DNA of 44,416 bases from Welwitschia mirabilis (lineage: Eukaryota): NCBI GenBank assembly GCA_051453625.1, contig JBOZIK010000001.1, positions 2,954,320 through 2,998,735 of the forward strand. The letters run 5' to 3'. This document shows, piece after piece, positions 12,368 to 24,914 of this stretch. The notes beneath the pieces are model-generated. The model did not search any database. It worked only from the letters and a program-made list of their open reading frames with translations, and was not told the DNA's origin. Positions within the stretch are counted from its first letter, which is position 1. Each line of letters opens with the position of its first letter. The translations under genes were made by a program, and so were the position numbers.

Positions 12368-13500
12368 ATGGATTTCAACATGCAAGGAAATAATGATAAT
12401 TTTTCCATATTCTAGGTAAACAATAAAAGCATTCATGCAAGATGGGGAGTTTTTTTAAATTCTTAATTACTTCAACCTTTATTTAAATCCAAGTTTATAA
12501 TCAAGCTTCTACTTTCAACACTCTAGAAAAGTTTTAGTAGAAACAAGAAGCTTGTTTCATGAAGCTATATTAACTTTAAAGATAAATTATATGAAATGAT
12601 TACAGATAAGTCAAGCTGGAATCATGCAAGGACTAATCCATCATAGATTAGGATCATTAAATAAGCTCACATATATGGAATTTACTAATAGCTATATGGG
12701 AGAATTTTATAAAAAAATAATGACTCAATATAGGTACCCCCTCTCACAAGATTCAAATAAGTTGTAATGTGAATAATAATCAAATAAAAAATTAGGGACA
12801 TCTAGATTGAGATTATAGAGGATTAATTGAGGTGTAACTATAGCATTTATATGCATTCCACTTAATTATATATTAATAAGGCCATAAGGAAGAAAACATT
12901 AGAGTGAATTAAACTTTCAAATGGTAAGGAGGCTACTTTAAAAGCCTCGACTTTGGTTTTTAAAAAGGACCTTTTCATTCATATTTTATCATTACTTGTG
13001 CATGTTTTTTTTAGAATGGAAACTACAAATATCCATTCAACCACACATATGACCAAGTTTATTACATTTCATGTTAGTTTACTACTTGCTTTACTTAATG
13101 CAAAACCTTATAACTTTGCTTATACTATCATTAAATATATGAAACTGATTTTTAAATCACCAATAATCATTATCTTCCCATTTTAATTAATTCCATTTTA
13201 AGATTAAATAATGTGAATTTTCTTTCTTGCGAGGAATCTACATGGTCAGTGAATTTGACCAAGAATAAATTAAATAAGATCCACGTCATAGAGCATGGTT
13301 AAGTTTAATCTCAAAATGTACTACCAAAATAGATAATGAATGATACCTTAACGGCCTTCTTAGTAGATCAAATTTCATGAATAAGAGGTAACATTCAAGT
13401 CCTAGTGGCTAGATGCAAACCCAAATGCAAGCTTTCAGCCTCCAAATAACTAGATTCAAAGGTGAGATTTGATTGATTAAAATGCATCTAATCATGGCGG
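12368..13500 (+). pseudogene. Possible Transposase_32/env-like retroelement accessory ORF remnant
   Basis: SYMGEFYKK (~12690-12716) and LLALLNAKPYNFAYTIIKYM (ORF 12953-13186) resemble the xxEFY and P.N.A..I...M motifs of this family. Boundaries are approximate. Confidence 0.42.
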
Positions 13501-15441
13501 TTGAAATAAAATAAGTTTACTATTACTAGGATAAGAAGAATAACCTCAAGAAATGGAGACTTAATTACATTTTCAATACATGATAAAAAATTTCATAACA
13601 ACTAGTGTATTTTGATTAAATCTCGGATCCATGTAATTCATATATATTTCACATTTTGTATGCATCTTCTTATATGCATCTCCTTAGTGTGCATTAATGA
13701 AAATCATGAATCATTTATTACCCATCTGTATTTCTAAATTTTAAAATACTTCTTTAGATCCTATTATTTTACATTTAGATCTTAAATACGAACTTACAAA
13801 TAAGAACATAGTGATACATAATATAAAAATAAAAATGAATGATAATAATGTGATAAATTTCTTTAATTATGTGATAACAAACCACTATAACATAGCAAAG
13901 GGTTATGATAGTATATAAATTCACCATCTTAGAATGATCTTTTATCTTACTTTAATCATGAAATTTGGAACATGTAAACATTACCTTATACTTAATTAAG
14001 TATCTTATTAAAAAAAGGTACCTACCTTATTTTGAAAAAAAATCCTTTGAAACTTCAGTAATTTTTTTTACTTGTTCCAATTGATAGTTTATCACCTAAT
14101 AAGATAGTAACAAAGTTGTTTTAACTATTTTATTTCCTATATCTAACTGACTAATTTATAATAAGGATTACAACTAGCCTTATTACTTAATAATAATAGG
14201 AATATACTAACTTTATTTCTAAAGGGTTATCACTTAATGATGGATAAAAACATCATCTTAGATTTATTACATAATGATAGCATGTGATAATAATAACTTA
14301 TTGCCATGTAAAAATAAAAATAATGAATTTGTATTATCCATATTATCATGAAACAATAAAAAAGATCCATAGTTAAAGACTACTTTAATCCTCAATTATT
14401 AATCAATGATAAATATTACACAAGATGTGATAAGCTAGCAATAAGAAAGGAAATTTTATTATAAGCTATAGCTTAAAAAAAGGATAGGTGATAAGTATTT
14501 GGAAGAAAATGACAAAGAGTAAAAGGATAAAAATGATTTCAAACTCATCCTTATTCCAAATTATATCATCCATATTTGGTTTAACATCAAATTAATTAGT
14601 GATTAATCCTAATTATCTTTAAAACCTATTAAAAATATAATCATTTCCATCAGAAAATGGGAGATTGAATTATTTATTTCATTTTGAGAACCATTTTAGA
14701 TTCCTTTTACAATTCAATTCTATTTTTACTAAATATCGCATATAGCATAATTTTGCTACATTTTCAATTTTATTCCATAAGATGCACTAAATTCAAGGCT
14801 TTCTTATTGAAATGCTAGTAGAATATACTTGAATTATATTTATTAATTAATTTTTTTAATTTTTACTTCTTTTTTAAAAAATTTTTATCATTATTGGAAT
14901 GTTAATTTCATTTACAAGAGTAACTCATACGATGTACAAGTTGAATTCACACCATTTGCACTTCTTGCATTATATTTTATACTAAATTTTCATGCATATA
15001 ACTAGTTTAATGCATGATTCAATTTCTAGTATGAATTATTATCTATCTTTTATTTTGTAATACATGATTCATTGACAATTTCCCATTATCTCTTCTTCCA
15101 AGTTTATCTCTTCTTCGAAGTTTATCCCTTCTTCTAAAATAACTAATCTGCATTTTTGTTCTTGTCTCATAGGTGCCCTTTTTTCTTTTCTAGGTTCTTT
15201 TTCCTCTTTCTATTTCTAATTCTATATTTTCCTATGTGAAGAATAGATCCTTATCAATTTTATTTATGAATATGGATAGATCCCTATCAATTCCATAGTT
15301 TCTTTTAAACTATTATCTAAATTTTTAGAAAGGTTTTTTACTTTTACTTATTTCCTCATGCTTCATTAAACTCACATTAACTACAACCCATTTTGTTATG
15401 TTCATTTAATAAATTCAATCTTTTTTTTACTTTTGGCCTAG

Positions 15442-15468
15442 GAAAATGATGAGGATTAAACCCATACA
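15442..15468 (-). pseudogene. Possible plastid trnH-GUG 3' fragment (NUPT)
   Basis: Minus strand TGTATGGGTTTAATCCTCATCATTTTC versus trnH ...CGCGCGGGTTCAATCCCCGTCGTTCGC (recalled, not aligned). Differences are nearly all C>T/G>A, but the match is only 27 nt. Confidence 0.35.
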
Positions 15469-15603
15469 AAGATCATGAATACTAGCAATACCATCTCCTA
15501 CTTGAAGTATAATATCCATATTAACTACTTGGACTTTGCTATTATATTACTTAATTTATTTACATATAATACTAATAATTTCATTAGGTTAAATAGTTAT
15601 CAT
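15469..15603 (-). pseudogene. atpA: Plastid ATP synthase CF1 alpha subunit 5' fragment (NUPT)
   Basis: [42 protein letters not shown] matches the AtpA N-terminus M..I.PDEISSIIRKQIEQY....VN.[22 protein letters not shown] lies 4 nt upstream of the ATG (15608-15613). Confidence 0.9.
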
Positions 15604-15774
15604 TATTCCTCCTAAAATATTTTTTTGTTTTTAAAAAAAGAACAAAGAGAGAATTTTCTTGATAAACATTTATTATATTAGCTGATATCATCTTACAAAT
15701 AATCCCAATGGCTCTGACTGATAAAGATGCTTTTCCCTATTATAGAGATGGTGTGATTTGACATGGTTTTTTAA

Positions 15775-15945
15775 AAAATTGAATGTTTCTTATTACAACT
15801 TCTTTTTATAATATAAGTGTTCATGGGTTCTCCTAGAAAATATGTTAGTCTAACTGAAATAATTAGAGGTTTTAAAATAATTCTTTTTAGAGATTTAGAT
15901 GCTCGTGCTAAGTAGTTCTTCTACTTAGTTTGTAATATTGATGAA
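15775..15945 (+). pseudogene. atpB: Plastid ATP synthase CF1 beta subunit 3' fragment (NUPT)
   Basis: [55 protein letters not shown] matches [52 protein letters not shown] without indels. Confidence 0.92.
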
Positions 15946-16099
15946 CTAATATATTCATGAATAAAATGAAATCTTTTTAAAGATTACAAAAAATTACTAA
16001 TTCCTAATCTGACATGTACAAGATGAAAACTTCATCTTCTTCTTCAATACTACTATAATACCTCAAAAATTCTATAGTTGGGAATCTTTTATCTTTAAA

Positions 16100-16292
16100 A
16101 CTTTGATACCAAATTGTAACACTCTAAAAACACTAATGTTAAAAAATTCAAACTTACTCAGACACTTTGATACCCAAAATATAACATCTGCTTTTCTTAT
16201 TCTAAACTTACAGACGTTACTTATTTAGTAAGGGAATAAATCCTAATTCTTCTCCTCTATCAAAAGCATTAATTAAAAACTATCTATATTAT
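16100..16292 (-). mobile_element. tRNA-Met PBS and inner edge of a 5' LTR of an unresolved LTR element
   Basis: Plus strand ACTTTGATACCA-AAT-TGTAACAC, i.e. minus strand ...TTACA ATT TGGTATCAAAG (consensus TGGTATCAGAGC). The LTR runs into the 100-N gap. Confidence 0.65.
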
Positions 16293-16392
16293 NNNNNNNN
16301 NNNNNNNNNNNNNNNNNNNNNNNNNNNNNNNNNNNNNNNNNNNNNNNNNNNNNNNNNNNNNNNNNNNNNNNNNNNNNNNNNNNNNNNNNNNN

Positions 16393-17929
16393 CTCACAAA
16401 AATGATTAGTTGACAAAATATAAAATTATTTGTTTAAAGACATCTAGGAAATTGAAGACATCTTAGGTAAAGACATCTAGGAAGTTGAATATGTCTTATA
16501 TATACTATAATTCAAGTCACAAGCTAAAAGATAACTACCTTATTTAAGATGACTAAGCTGAATATTGAACCTAACATAGATGAAGACATCTACATATTTG
16601 AAGACATATATACTAAGATGAAACAAGTAAGAGATTTAATTTATTTTTTTGACTAGTATCTTATATTTTAGGTGAGTAATAAACTTGTACATCATGGATT
16701 TATAATTACGAGTGTCCAAGAAAACTAAAAAGAAATTTTCATTAAAATTGAAGCAGGTTTATTGAATATGTCTATAAGATAAAGATGTTTAACTATTACT
16801 AGATGTGTACAAAAGTAAAGATGTCTCAAATCAAAGTTCATCTTGATAAAATCAAAGTTATATGTTAGATGCCTAAACATTGCCTATCCATTACACGATG
16901 GTTACAAAGTTAAATGGCTACTATTTAAGCTCAAACAGCTAAATCTTTCTTGATCATATAAAGCCTTAATGTCACAAAATAAAAAATAACTTTTGGAACT
17001 TCAATAAATACACAGCTTAATGAATTTTAACACTTCATCAATTAAATAAAATACAAAATGACGAATGCACAAGTGAAAGCAACTTCTCAATAAGAATCAA
17101 AGGAATCATTTTTAAGGAGCTTGCATTGCTTTTATTATTTGGTCATGGATCTTCATTAACGTTATCTTCATTTATACTTAGGATGATAATAACAATATCA
17201 AGGAGCTTANNNNNNNNNNNNNNNNNNNNNNNNNNNNNTATTATTATTTTATACTTTTGATTCTAGATTATGGGATATCTTATTATTGAATATTATTATA
17301 AATTCATTCTTAGATATCAAACACATTGTAAGGCAACCTTTATAAGGGTGTGCATTTGAGATCATGCTTGTAAGAACTTATTTAATATAAGGTTATTGGT
17401 AAGCTAGAAAACCATTATTCCCTTACAAGGGAAAGATTATTGTCTTGCAAGAAGGCTCTTACTATTGTAAAGATTCATGGTGTGTCTATGAAAATAACTA
17501 TTTCCTTAAGGAGAAGAAAATGCTACCTTACAAGGAAACTCTCACTATTATAAAGGTTTGTGATGCACCTGTGAAAACCACTATTCCCTTGAGGGGAAGA
17601 GAGTATTGCCTTGCAAGGATACTCTTACTATTATCAAGGTTTATGATAAACCTATAAAAGCTACTATTCCCTTAAGGGAAAGAGAGTGATGTCTTACCAG
17701 GATACTCTCATTTGATGTAAGATTCGTAATGCACTAAAAAACCGCTATTTTCTTATAGGTCAAGAATATTCAAAGTTGTGAGTAGAAGGTACCCTCTATG
17801 TGTGAATGTACCTAGGCTTGGGAATCACGTTATCTTAGTAAGATGTTTTCATTATGCATTTCCATTCTATTATTCATTTAAATTTGCTTAAACTCATTCA
17901 TTCCTTTCCTTTGAGTTCAATGATCCTCA
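16393..17929 (+). mobile_element. Sirevirus/Maximus-like Ty1/copia LTR (left end in gap)
   Basis: Decayed AGACGTCT palindromes at 16440-16830 and an ~82 bp tandem array. Ends CATTCA-pyrimidine run...GATCCTCA at 17929, where a copia RT frame starts abruptly. Confidence 0.62.
17408..17760 (+). repeat. ~82 bp tandem repeat, 4 copies plus a partial copy
   Basis: Unit approximately AAAACCACTATTCCCTT..GGGAAGAGA.TATTG.CTTGCAAGGATACTCT.ACTATT.TAAAGGTT..TGAT. Confidence 0.85.
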
Positions 17930-19195
17930 GATTACAATGAGGCTTTTATATCAAGTATAAAATCAGCTATGATTAGGATATTAATCGCCTTAACTATACA
18001 AAGAGAATGGAAGCTTCATTAATTGGACATAAAAACTACCTTTCTACATGGATATTTAAAAGGGGAAATTTACATGATACAATCAAATAGATTTGAAGTA
18101 AAAGATAAAGAACAAAAGGAGTGTAGATCAATTAGATCACTATATGGACTAAAACAAGCCTTGATAGAATAGTACACTAAACTTCAACATTATCTAAATT
18201 CCATTAGACTTAAACTATATCATTATTTAGATGTGTTAATCACATTTTTTATGAAATATGATGGAATCAATCCACTAGCATAGTGATGTATGCGGATAAT
18301 ATGTTGATAACTAAAAGTGATGAAGAAGATGTCAGATGGATAAAATTTTCTTTAAGTAAAGAATCTAAAAATTTTTGTTTTAGATTAGTAATATTCTAGT
18401 AGAGATTATTCAGAGAAAAGATGAAATATTCTTAACTCAAAAAAAATACATTAGAGATCTAGTTGAGAAATTTGGGCTATAAAATGCAAAGGATGTTTAA
18501 CTCTAGAAATATAAAATAGAATCTAAAAATAAGACTAAAAATAGAAGAATAATAGGATTTTTATTTATGTGATAAATACTAAATCAGATACATAATATGT
18601 TTTTTGTATCCTATTAAGATATCTTCATGCACCCATGGTAACTCATCTAAACACTACAAAGAGAGTGCTAAGATATCTAAAGAAGATTAAGGATTTAGAT
18701 ATAACATATAGAAGAAACTCTTAATTCATCCTAAATGCATATTCTAATTCAAATTATGCTAAAAAAGTGATACTTATCTATCATAATTAGGGTGTATTAT
18801 ATTCTTTGGGACATTGCCTTTCTCATGACAATTAAAGCATTAAAAAATAATAGTTGAATCTTCTACTAGGGTAGAATATAAGCTACTTTTGAGGCATGTA
18901 GATAAATTGAATGGTTAAGAAAGTTGTTGAAAGCAATTAACCTAAATCAAATAAATAAAATAAATATCTTCATTAATAATCAATTAGTGATTTGCAAAGC
19001 AAAGGATCTAATGCGTCATAATAGGATAAAACACTTTTATGTTGGGATCCATACAATCAAGGAACTCATACAAAATGGAGTTCTCGCACCAACATACTAT
19101 TCTACCATAGAGAAAACAAAAAATATCCTCACAAAACCACTTAGTGAAGAGAAGTTTTAGTATTTTCAATCCAAAATTGGATTGGCAATGAGTTA
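17930..19195 (+). pseudogene. Ty1/copia reverse transcriptase and RNase H remnant
   Basis: DYNEAF...WKLH*LDIKTTFLHGYL, SLYGLKQA, YADNMLIT (for YVDD), AYSNSNYA (for AYSDADWA), HNRIKHF...NILTKPL. Confidence 0.95.
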
Positions 19196-19229
19196 AGTAA
19201 GATTTACTTTCTTTGTTCATCAAGGGTTT

Positions 19230-19640
19230 TAATTAACTTTTAAATCCTTATTCAAATTCACTTTCTATTCTAGTATGTGTAGTATAATTTTGGCCTAATA
19301 CTATGAACTATTTACTATACTTTATTCTAGAATTACATGGATGTATAATTCACTAAGAGTTCTTTCTGCTATGGGATGTGTAGTAGTAAATTAACTACTT
19401 CTAAAACAATGTAGTTCCCTCACATGAAAACACTTTAGAGGTTTTGCTATTATAAGTTACATTTCCAAGGTTTGCCTTATAAGCACTCCTATTTCCTTGG
19501 ATGAAAGTGCATTTCCATGTTAAGGAGGAATTAATGGGGTATAAAGTTTTTACACCATAATCATGTGCTTTATGATTTATCTTTTTTAGAAAACCTCACT
19601 TGACTACATCTTGTCCATTCATTTAAACTTTTGTTGAACA
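19230..19640 (+). repeat. Probable 3' LTR of the copia remnant
   Basis: Follows the pol stop and a short AAGGG tract and ends ...TTGAACA at 19640. No partner LTR is visible. Confidence 0.35.
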
Positions 19641-19884
19641 TTAGTTAATTATAAGTTCTTTTTCTAATGGTCTAATATTCCCTTTTCTTAAATATGAGCT
19701 TACTTCAAGTTATCACTTATTCACTCCACTCCACTTAACTAGACTTTAATTTACTTGAGTCCTCTACCACTTTGTAGTTTTAGTTAAGTGCATGACATTA
19801 CCTATTTAATACTAGTAATCTCAAATGAATAAGATGATGAAATAATTTTGGTTCAGAAAATATATCTTGCTCATTGTGATTTAT

Positions 19885-20904
19885 AGGTTTCTTAATCATC
19901 CTTTGTCCTAAGATAGCACTGACTATGTAATCACTATCATCAGACATAACCTTGAAGGTTAACGTTCAATTACATTATTAAATGAGGGGTGTAGTGGTAA
20001 GCTTATCTTTGAGTTTGTTAAAGCCTCATTAGCACTCATGGATCCATTCAAAATAGGCATCCTTTCTAAGAAGATCACATAAGGGTTTAAAGATTTTGCT
20101 AAGGTTTTAGATGAATATTTTATAGTAGCTGGGATATTCTAAGAAAGATCTAATGTCCTTTTGTTTTATGGGATAGAAAAGTGGGCTATGAGAGAAATTT
20201 TGGGAACATCTAAATGGATTTCGTCTAAAGTGATGACATGTCTTAACGCAATGCCTTTGCTAACTATGAAATAACATTTCTCCAAATTCAAGATAAGATG
20301 TGTTTTGATGCATATCAAAAGGATGAGCTCAAGATTATAAAGAGAATGGTCAAATGAGGTTCCATAAACCAAAAAGTCATCCATAAATATCTCTACATAA
20401 GAATATAATAAATCAAAGATAATACTAAGCATACAATGTTAGAAGGTAGTTAGTGCATTACATAGATCAAAAGACATTTATCTATAAGAAACATTTCATA
20501 AGGACAAGTGAAGATGGTGTTACATTGATCTTTAGGGCAATATCTATTTGGTTATATCATAAGAATTTATCTAAGAAGTAATAAAAAAGGTGTCTAGCAA
20601 GTTGTTCAAGAATTTGGTTAAAGAATGAGAGAGGGAAATGATCTTTTCTAGTTACTATGTTGAGTCTTCTATAGTCAATACACATCCTCTAATTCATAGT
20701 ATGCCTAGTAGAAATAAGTTTTTTAAATTCATTAGATATTAAAATAATTCCATATTTCTTTCTTATGATCTTATTTAGACTCATCCATGTACCATTAGAG
20801 ATGGGACAAATGACATCATTGTTTAAAAGATTAATAACCTCATTTTGTACTACCTCTTTCATGATTAGATTAATTTGTCTTTAAGCTTCAATGGAGGGGT
20901 TACC
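19885..20904 (-). pseudogene. RT and start of RNase H of element B
   Basis: MKEVVQNEVINLLNNDVICPIS, VEIFMDDFLVYG...LNLEKCYF (ORF 20166-20432), FKVMSDDSDYIVSAILGQR. Confidence 0.93.
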
Positions 20905-23900
20905 TGTGATACCCTCTTTTTTCTTACTCTAATTAAGCACTATTTTTTTTCACTTCCTTTCTTCTTTAATATTTTTATCTGATAGATACAACAAAACTTA
21001 GAACCAAATTCTACTTATCCTTTATTATAATTTTTATATTCTCAGAAAGATAAATCATATTAATATCATATATTTACCTATAATTAATTTCTAGGTTATT
21101 TTGGTTTATAAATAATAGGAATGTCATAAGTTTATGTCCTCCATTTTTTCTAGTTTTTCATTACATAAAATATATCTTGTGAATAGTTAAGGAGATGTAA
21201 ACTTGTTGTCAACATACATGGATAAGTTTTAAGAATAATACTTAACTAATATAATAAAAGGTTACAACTCTAATTAATAGCATTCTAACTTGATTTCTAG
21301 CCATCCTCTGAACATGAGTTGATTCTACTTTAGGTTCTAAACTGTACAAACATGGTTAGCATCAACTTCATAGGCTTTCACTTCACCTTAATATACCTCC
21401 AATATAGGTGATAGGCAGTATGTGAGGTGTATGCATGCTTATGAATCATCCCTTCTTCCTTAAAACATCTCTAAATGTACAACATAATCCATCAATGCTA
21501 ACAGCTTGAGATATTAAGTTAGAGTAAGTTCATACATGGATAGGATAGGAGAGTGGTGATTAAATCCACTTCCATAAGGTATTATATAAAAAATGCAATG
21601 CAATCCATCTTGGTAATGAAATCTAAGTGTGGGGATGAACATTATTAAAATTATCTTGATTTAGTCCTATCTGATGAATACACCACATAAATTCATGTAA
21701 ATAATTCTAACTAATATAAATATTTAATGGATTATTTACCTAGTTATAATAATTCAATTTATCATTTAGTTCATTTTATGAAAACAACCATTAAAAAAAA
21801 GCCAGCATACAAGAACATTTAATAAAAATATAGATAAATAAAATATTCTTTTCTTTTTTAAATAAAGAAAATATTCTTTTCTTTATTTTTTAATAATAAT
21901 AAAAATATTAAAAATGTATCAAATAAGATCTTAATAATGTACTTAAAGAAACTAAAACATACCTAGAGCTATGTCAATCCTAAAAACACTCTTTTATGCT
22001 CATATGACAATGTCCATGGATTAGTGCAAATAAGGTAAACAAAAGAAAGTATAGCTCAAGAATAATTGTTAAGATATAAATTTTTATGCAATATTCATAT
22101 GGGTAAATTATAAATCAAAAAAAAAATGATAAGCTAGAGACTACTTATGTTACTTGGACTACTAAGATAAAAACTCTTACAAGCANNNNNNNNNNNNNNN
22201 NNNNNNNNNNNNNNNNNNNNNNNNNNNNNNNNNNNNNNNNNNNNNNNNNNNNNNNNNNNNNNNNNNNNNNNNNNNNNNNNNNNNNNNNNNNNNNNNNNNN
22301 NNNNNNNNNNNNNNNNNNNNNNNNNNNNNNNNNNNNNNNNNNNNNNNNNNNNNNNNNNNNNNNNNNNNNNNNNNNNNNNNNNNNNNNNNNNNNNNNNNNN
22401 NNNNNNNNNNNNNNNNNNNNNNNNNNNNNNNNNNNNNNNNNNNNNNNNNNNNNNNNNNNNNNNNNNNNNNNNNNNNNNNNNNNNNNNNNNNNNNNNNNNN
22501 NNNNNNNNNNNNNNNNNNNNNNNNNNNNNNNNNNNNNNNNNNNNNNNNNNNNNNNNNNNNNNNNNNNNNNNNNNNNNNNNNNNNNNNNNNNNNNNNNNNN
22601 NNNNNNNNNNNNNNNNNNNNNNNNNNNNNNNNNNNNNNNNNNNNNNNNNNNNNNNNNNNNNNNNNNNNNNNNNNNNNNNNNNNNNNNNNNNNNNNNNNNN
22701 NNNNNNNNNNNNNNNNNNNNNNNNNNNNNNNNNNNNNNNNNNNNNNNNNNNNNNNNNNNNNNNNNNNNNNNNNNNNNNNNNNNNNNNNNNNNNNNNNNNN
22801 NNNNNNNNNNNNNNNNNNAAAATCTAACTTAAACTATTTTAGAATTATAAAAATATTATTTTTAAGCTATTATTTAAGGTTAAAAATTATCAAATTTTCT
22901 AAAATTACAGTCTTACTACACTACACTAAAATGATCATTACTTTTAAAATAATTTGAGTTTTTAAATGATTGAAGATGTTTTACAAATCTTGTTCAATTT
23001 TTTACAATTTAGGATTCTCAAGTTTTTATATTTATTAATAAATAGGTATATAAACATAAATTACTCTCTTACTATTTTTTGCATTTTTAACAAATAAGTT
23101 TTTTAAAAAATAAATACTTATTAGAAAAATTGTTGTTTTCTATTTTTATGTTCATAATACATTCCTAGACATATAAGAAAACTTTTATCTTATGCCTCTA
23201 TTCTGAAAATTTAATTTTCACCATAACAAAAATATGATAAAGTTTTTACAATTAATTAAATAATAACTTTGATCATTAAAATAATGGATATACTAACTAA
23301 TTATTTACAAAAAGAAAAATTAAATATAAAAAAATTATAAAAATAAAAATTAAATCAATTCAAAAAATACGACTTGTTATCAGAGATTTTTAAGGATCAG
23401 ACTTTGCCCTTCATAAGATGATTATAATGTATAATACATTAAAAAAATACACTAATAAAACAAATAGGAATATCTAAATTTTTCTCTCTCTTTTTTTTTA
23501 ATAGTGAATCCATTAGTCACTTAGCCATAATCATCCATTAGTAATCCTCCATTACTAAGAATAAGAGGCCCCTCATATCTCACTATAATGTTTTGCTGAG
23601 AACCAATGGGAGGGAATAATATTTGATAAACTAATTTCATAAAATCCATAAACAATTTCCTAATGCAATATCACATCATTTTAATAGTGTAAAGAGATCA
23701 TATGGATAATAAAAGTAAAGTGCTTACTTATGAAGATTAGTAAAACCTTGATAATTGAAGATTAATGAAGATCTAAGCTCAAGAGTTCCTTAGCTTCAAG
23801 CTTCGAAGCTTCAAGCTCCATAAGTAAGATAATAAAAGAAAAAGAAAGAGAGAGAGAGAAAGAAAAGAAGAAATATACTTATATTAAATAAAAGGAAATC

Positions 23901-24789
23901 ATCTCCTTTTACAAGAGAGTAAAGGATCTCTATAAATAGATAAATAAAGGCACATAGCTCAAGATAACAAGATCACATGCTTTAGCATTAATAATTGGAA
24001 TGAGTAATAACTGACATTGGAGTATAAAAAGAGATCATATTTATGACTTATGCAACTAACTAGGATGAGTAATCTTCTTACTTTAATTATTAAGACTAGT
24101 TACATGCATTATTTCCTCATGCTAGCTCCTTTTCAATCTTTCATAAGCTCATAAGTAAGCTTAATTCATCTAAAACATACATCACAAGAATAAATGCACA
24201 AATTACAAAATTGTCATGTGCCATAATAAGACAAACTCTTTAATTCTGATGAATAAAGAAATGAGTATGCTCAAAGGTTCCTCACACATCTTAAGAACAC
24301 AAAAGTCATGATAGAGTAAATCTGCTCATTTATCATTCTTGGTTTTAGGTAAGAGTGTATGTACTTGTTCAAATACTTATTTATTTCAAATTGCATAAAA
24401 TATATCAATTACATAACATAATAAAGAAAATATTTATTCATAATATAGTACACTTGTCACATTTACCAAGAATCTAAATAAGTAAATACAATGCAAAATA
24501 TATTATTATGTCCTCTTAAAATTTTTAATATTAGTTTTAGTATGTGATTTTAATTCCTCACATATTGGGATTATCTAATTTTAAATGTCTTGATATATTT
24601 TCTAATAAAAACCTTTTATTATAATTTTTATCATTTTTATGATAAATTATAAAGATTATAAACTAAGATTAATTTATGATGACATTTATTTTAATAAGAA
24701 ATTTAAATAAGGATAATTAATCATTTGATTAAAAGCTTAATATACTTAATATTCAAGTAAATAAGGTTTACAAAATCTGCGATATGATA
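20905..24789 (-). repeat. 3' LTR of element D (~3.9 kb including N gap)
   Basis: Runs TGTGATACCC...GATATGATA and is colinear with 26708-30390 over its length. Confidence 0.93.
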
Positions 24790-24825
24790 TTATTCCCCAC
24801 TTAGACTAATTTACTCTTGGAAATT
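24790..24825 (-). promoter_or_regulatory. PPT and Tekay/Del-type 3' motif
   Basis: Minus strand AATTTCCAAGAGTAAATT...TAAGTGGGGAATAA, similar to AATTTCGAGGACGAAATT...TAAGGGGGGAGAA of Del/Tekay elements. Confidence 0.75.
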
Positions 24826-24914
24826 AAGATATATAAAGAGCTTAATAATACCTAATTGCATTTTATAAGATTTATAAAGATTTGGATATTGACTTTTCAC
24901 AATTTATTATTGCT

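Noticed and set aside
15660..15770. Possible atpF 3' end upstream of atpA (KMISANI similar to RTISANI)
   Set aside because: Only a five-residue resemblance; the surrounding residues do not fit AtpF.
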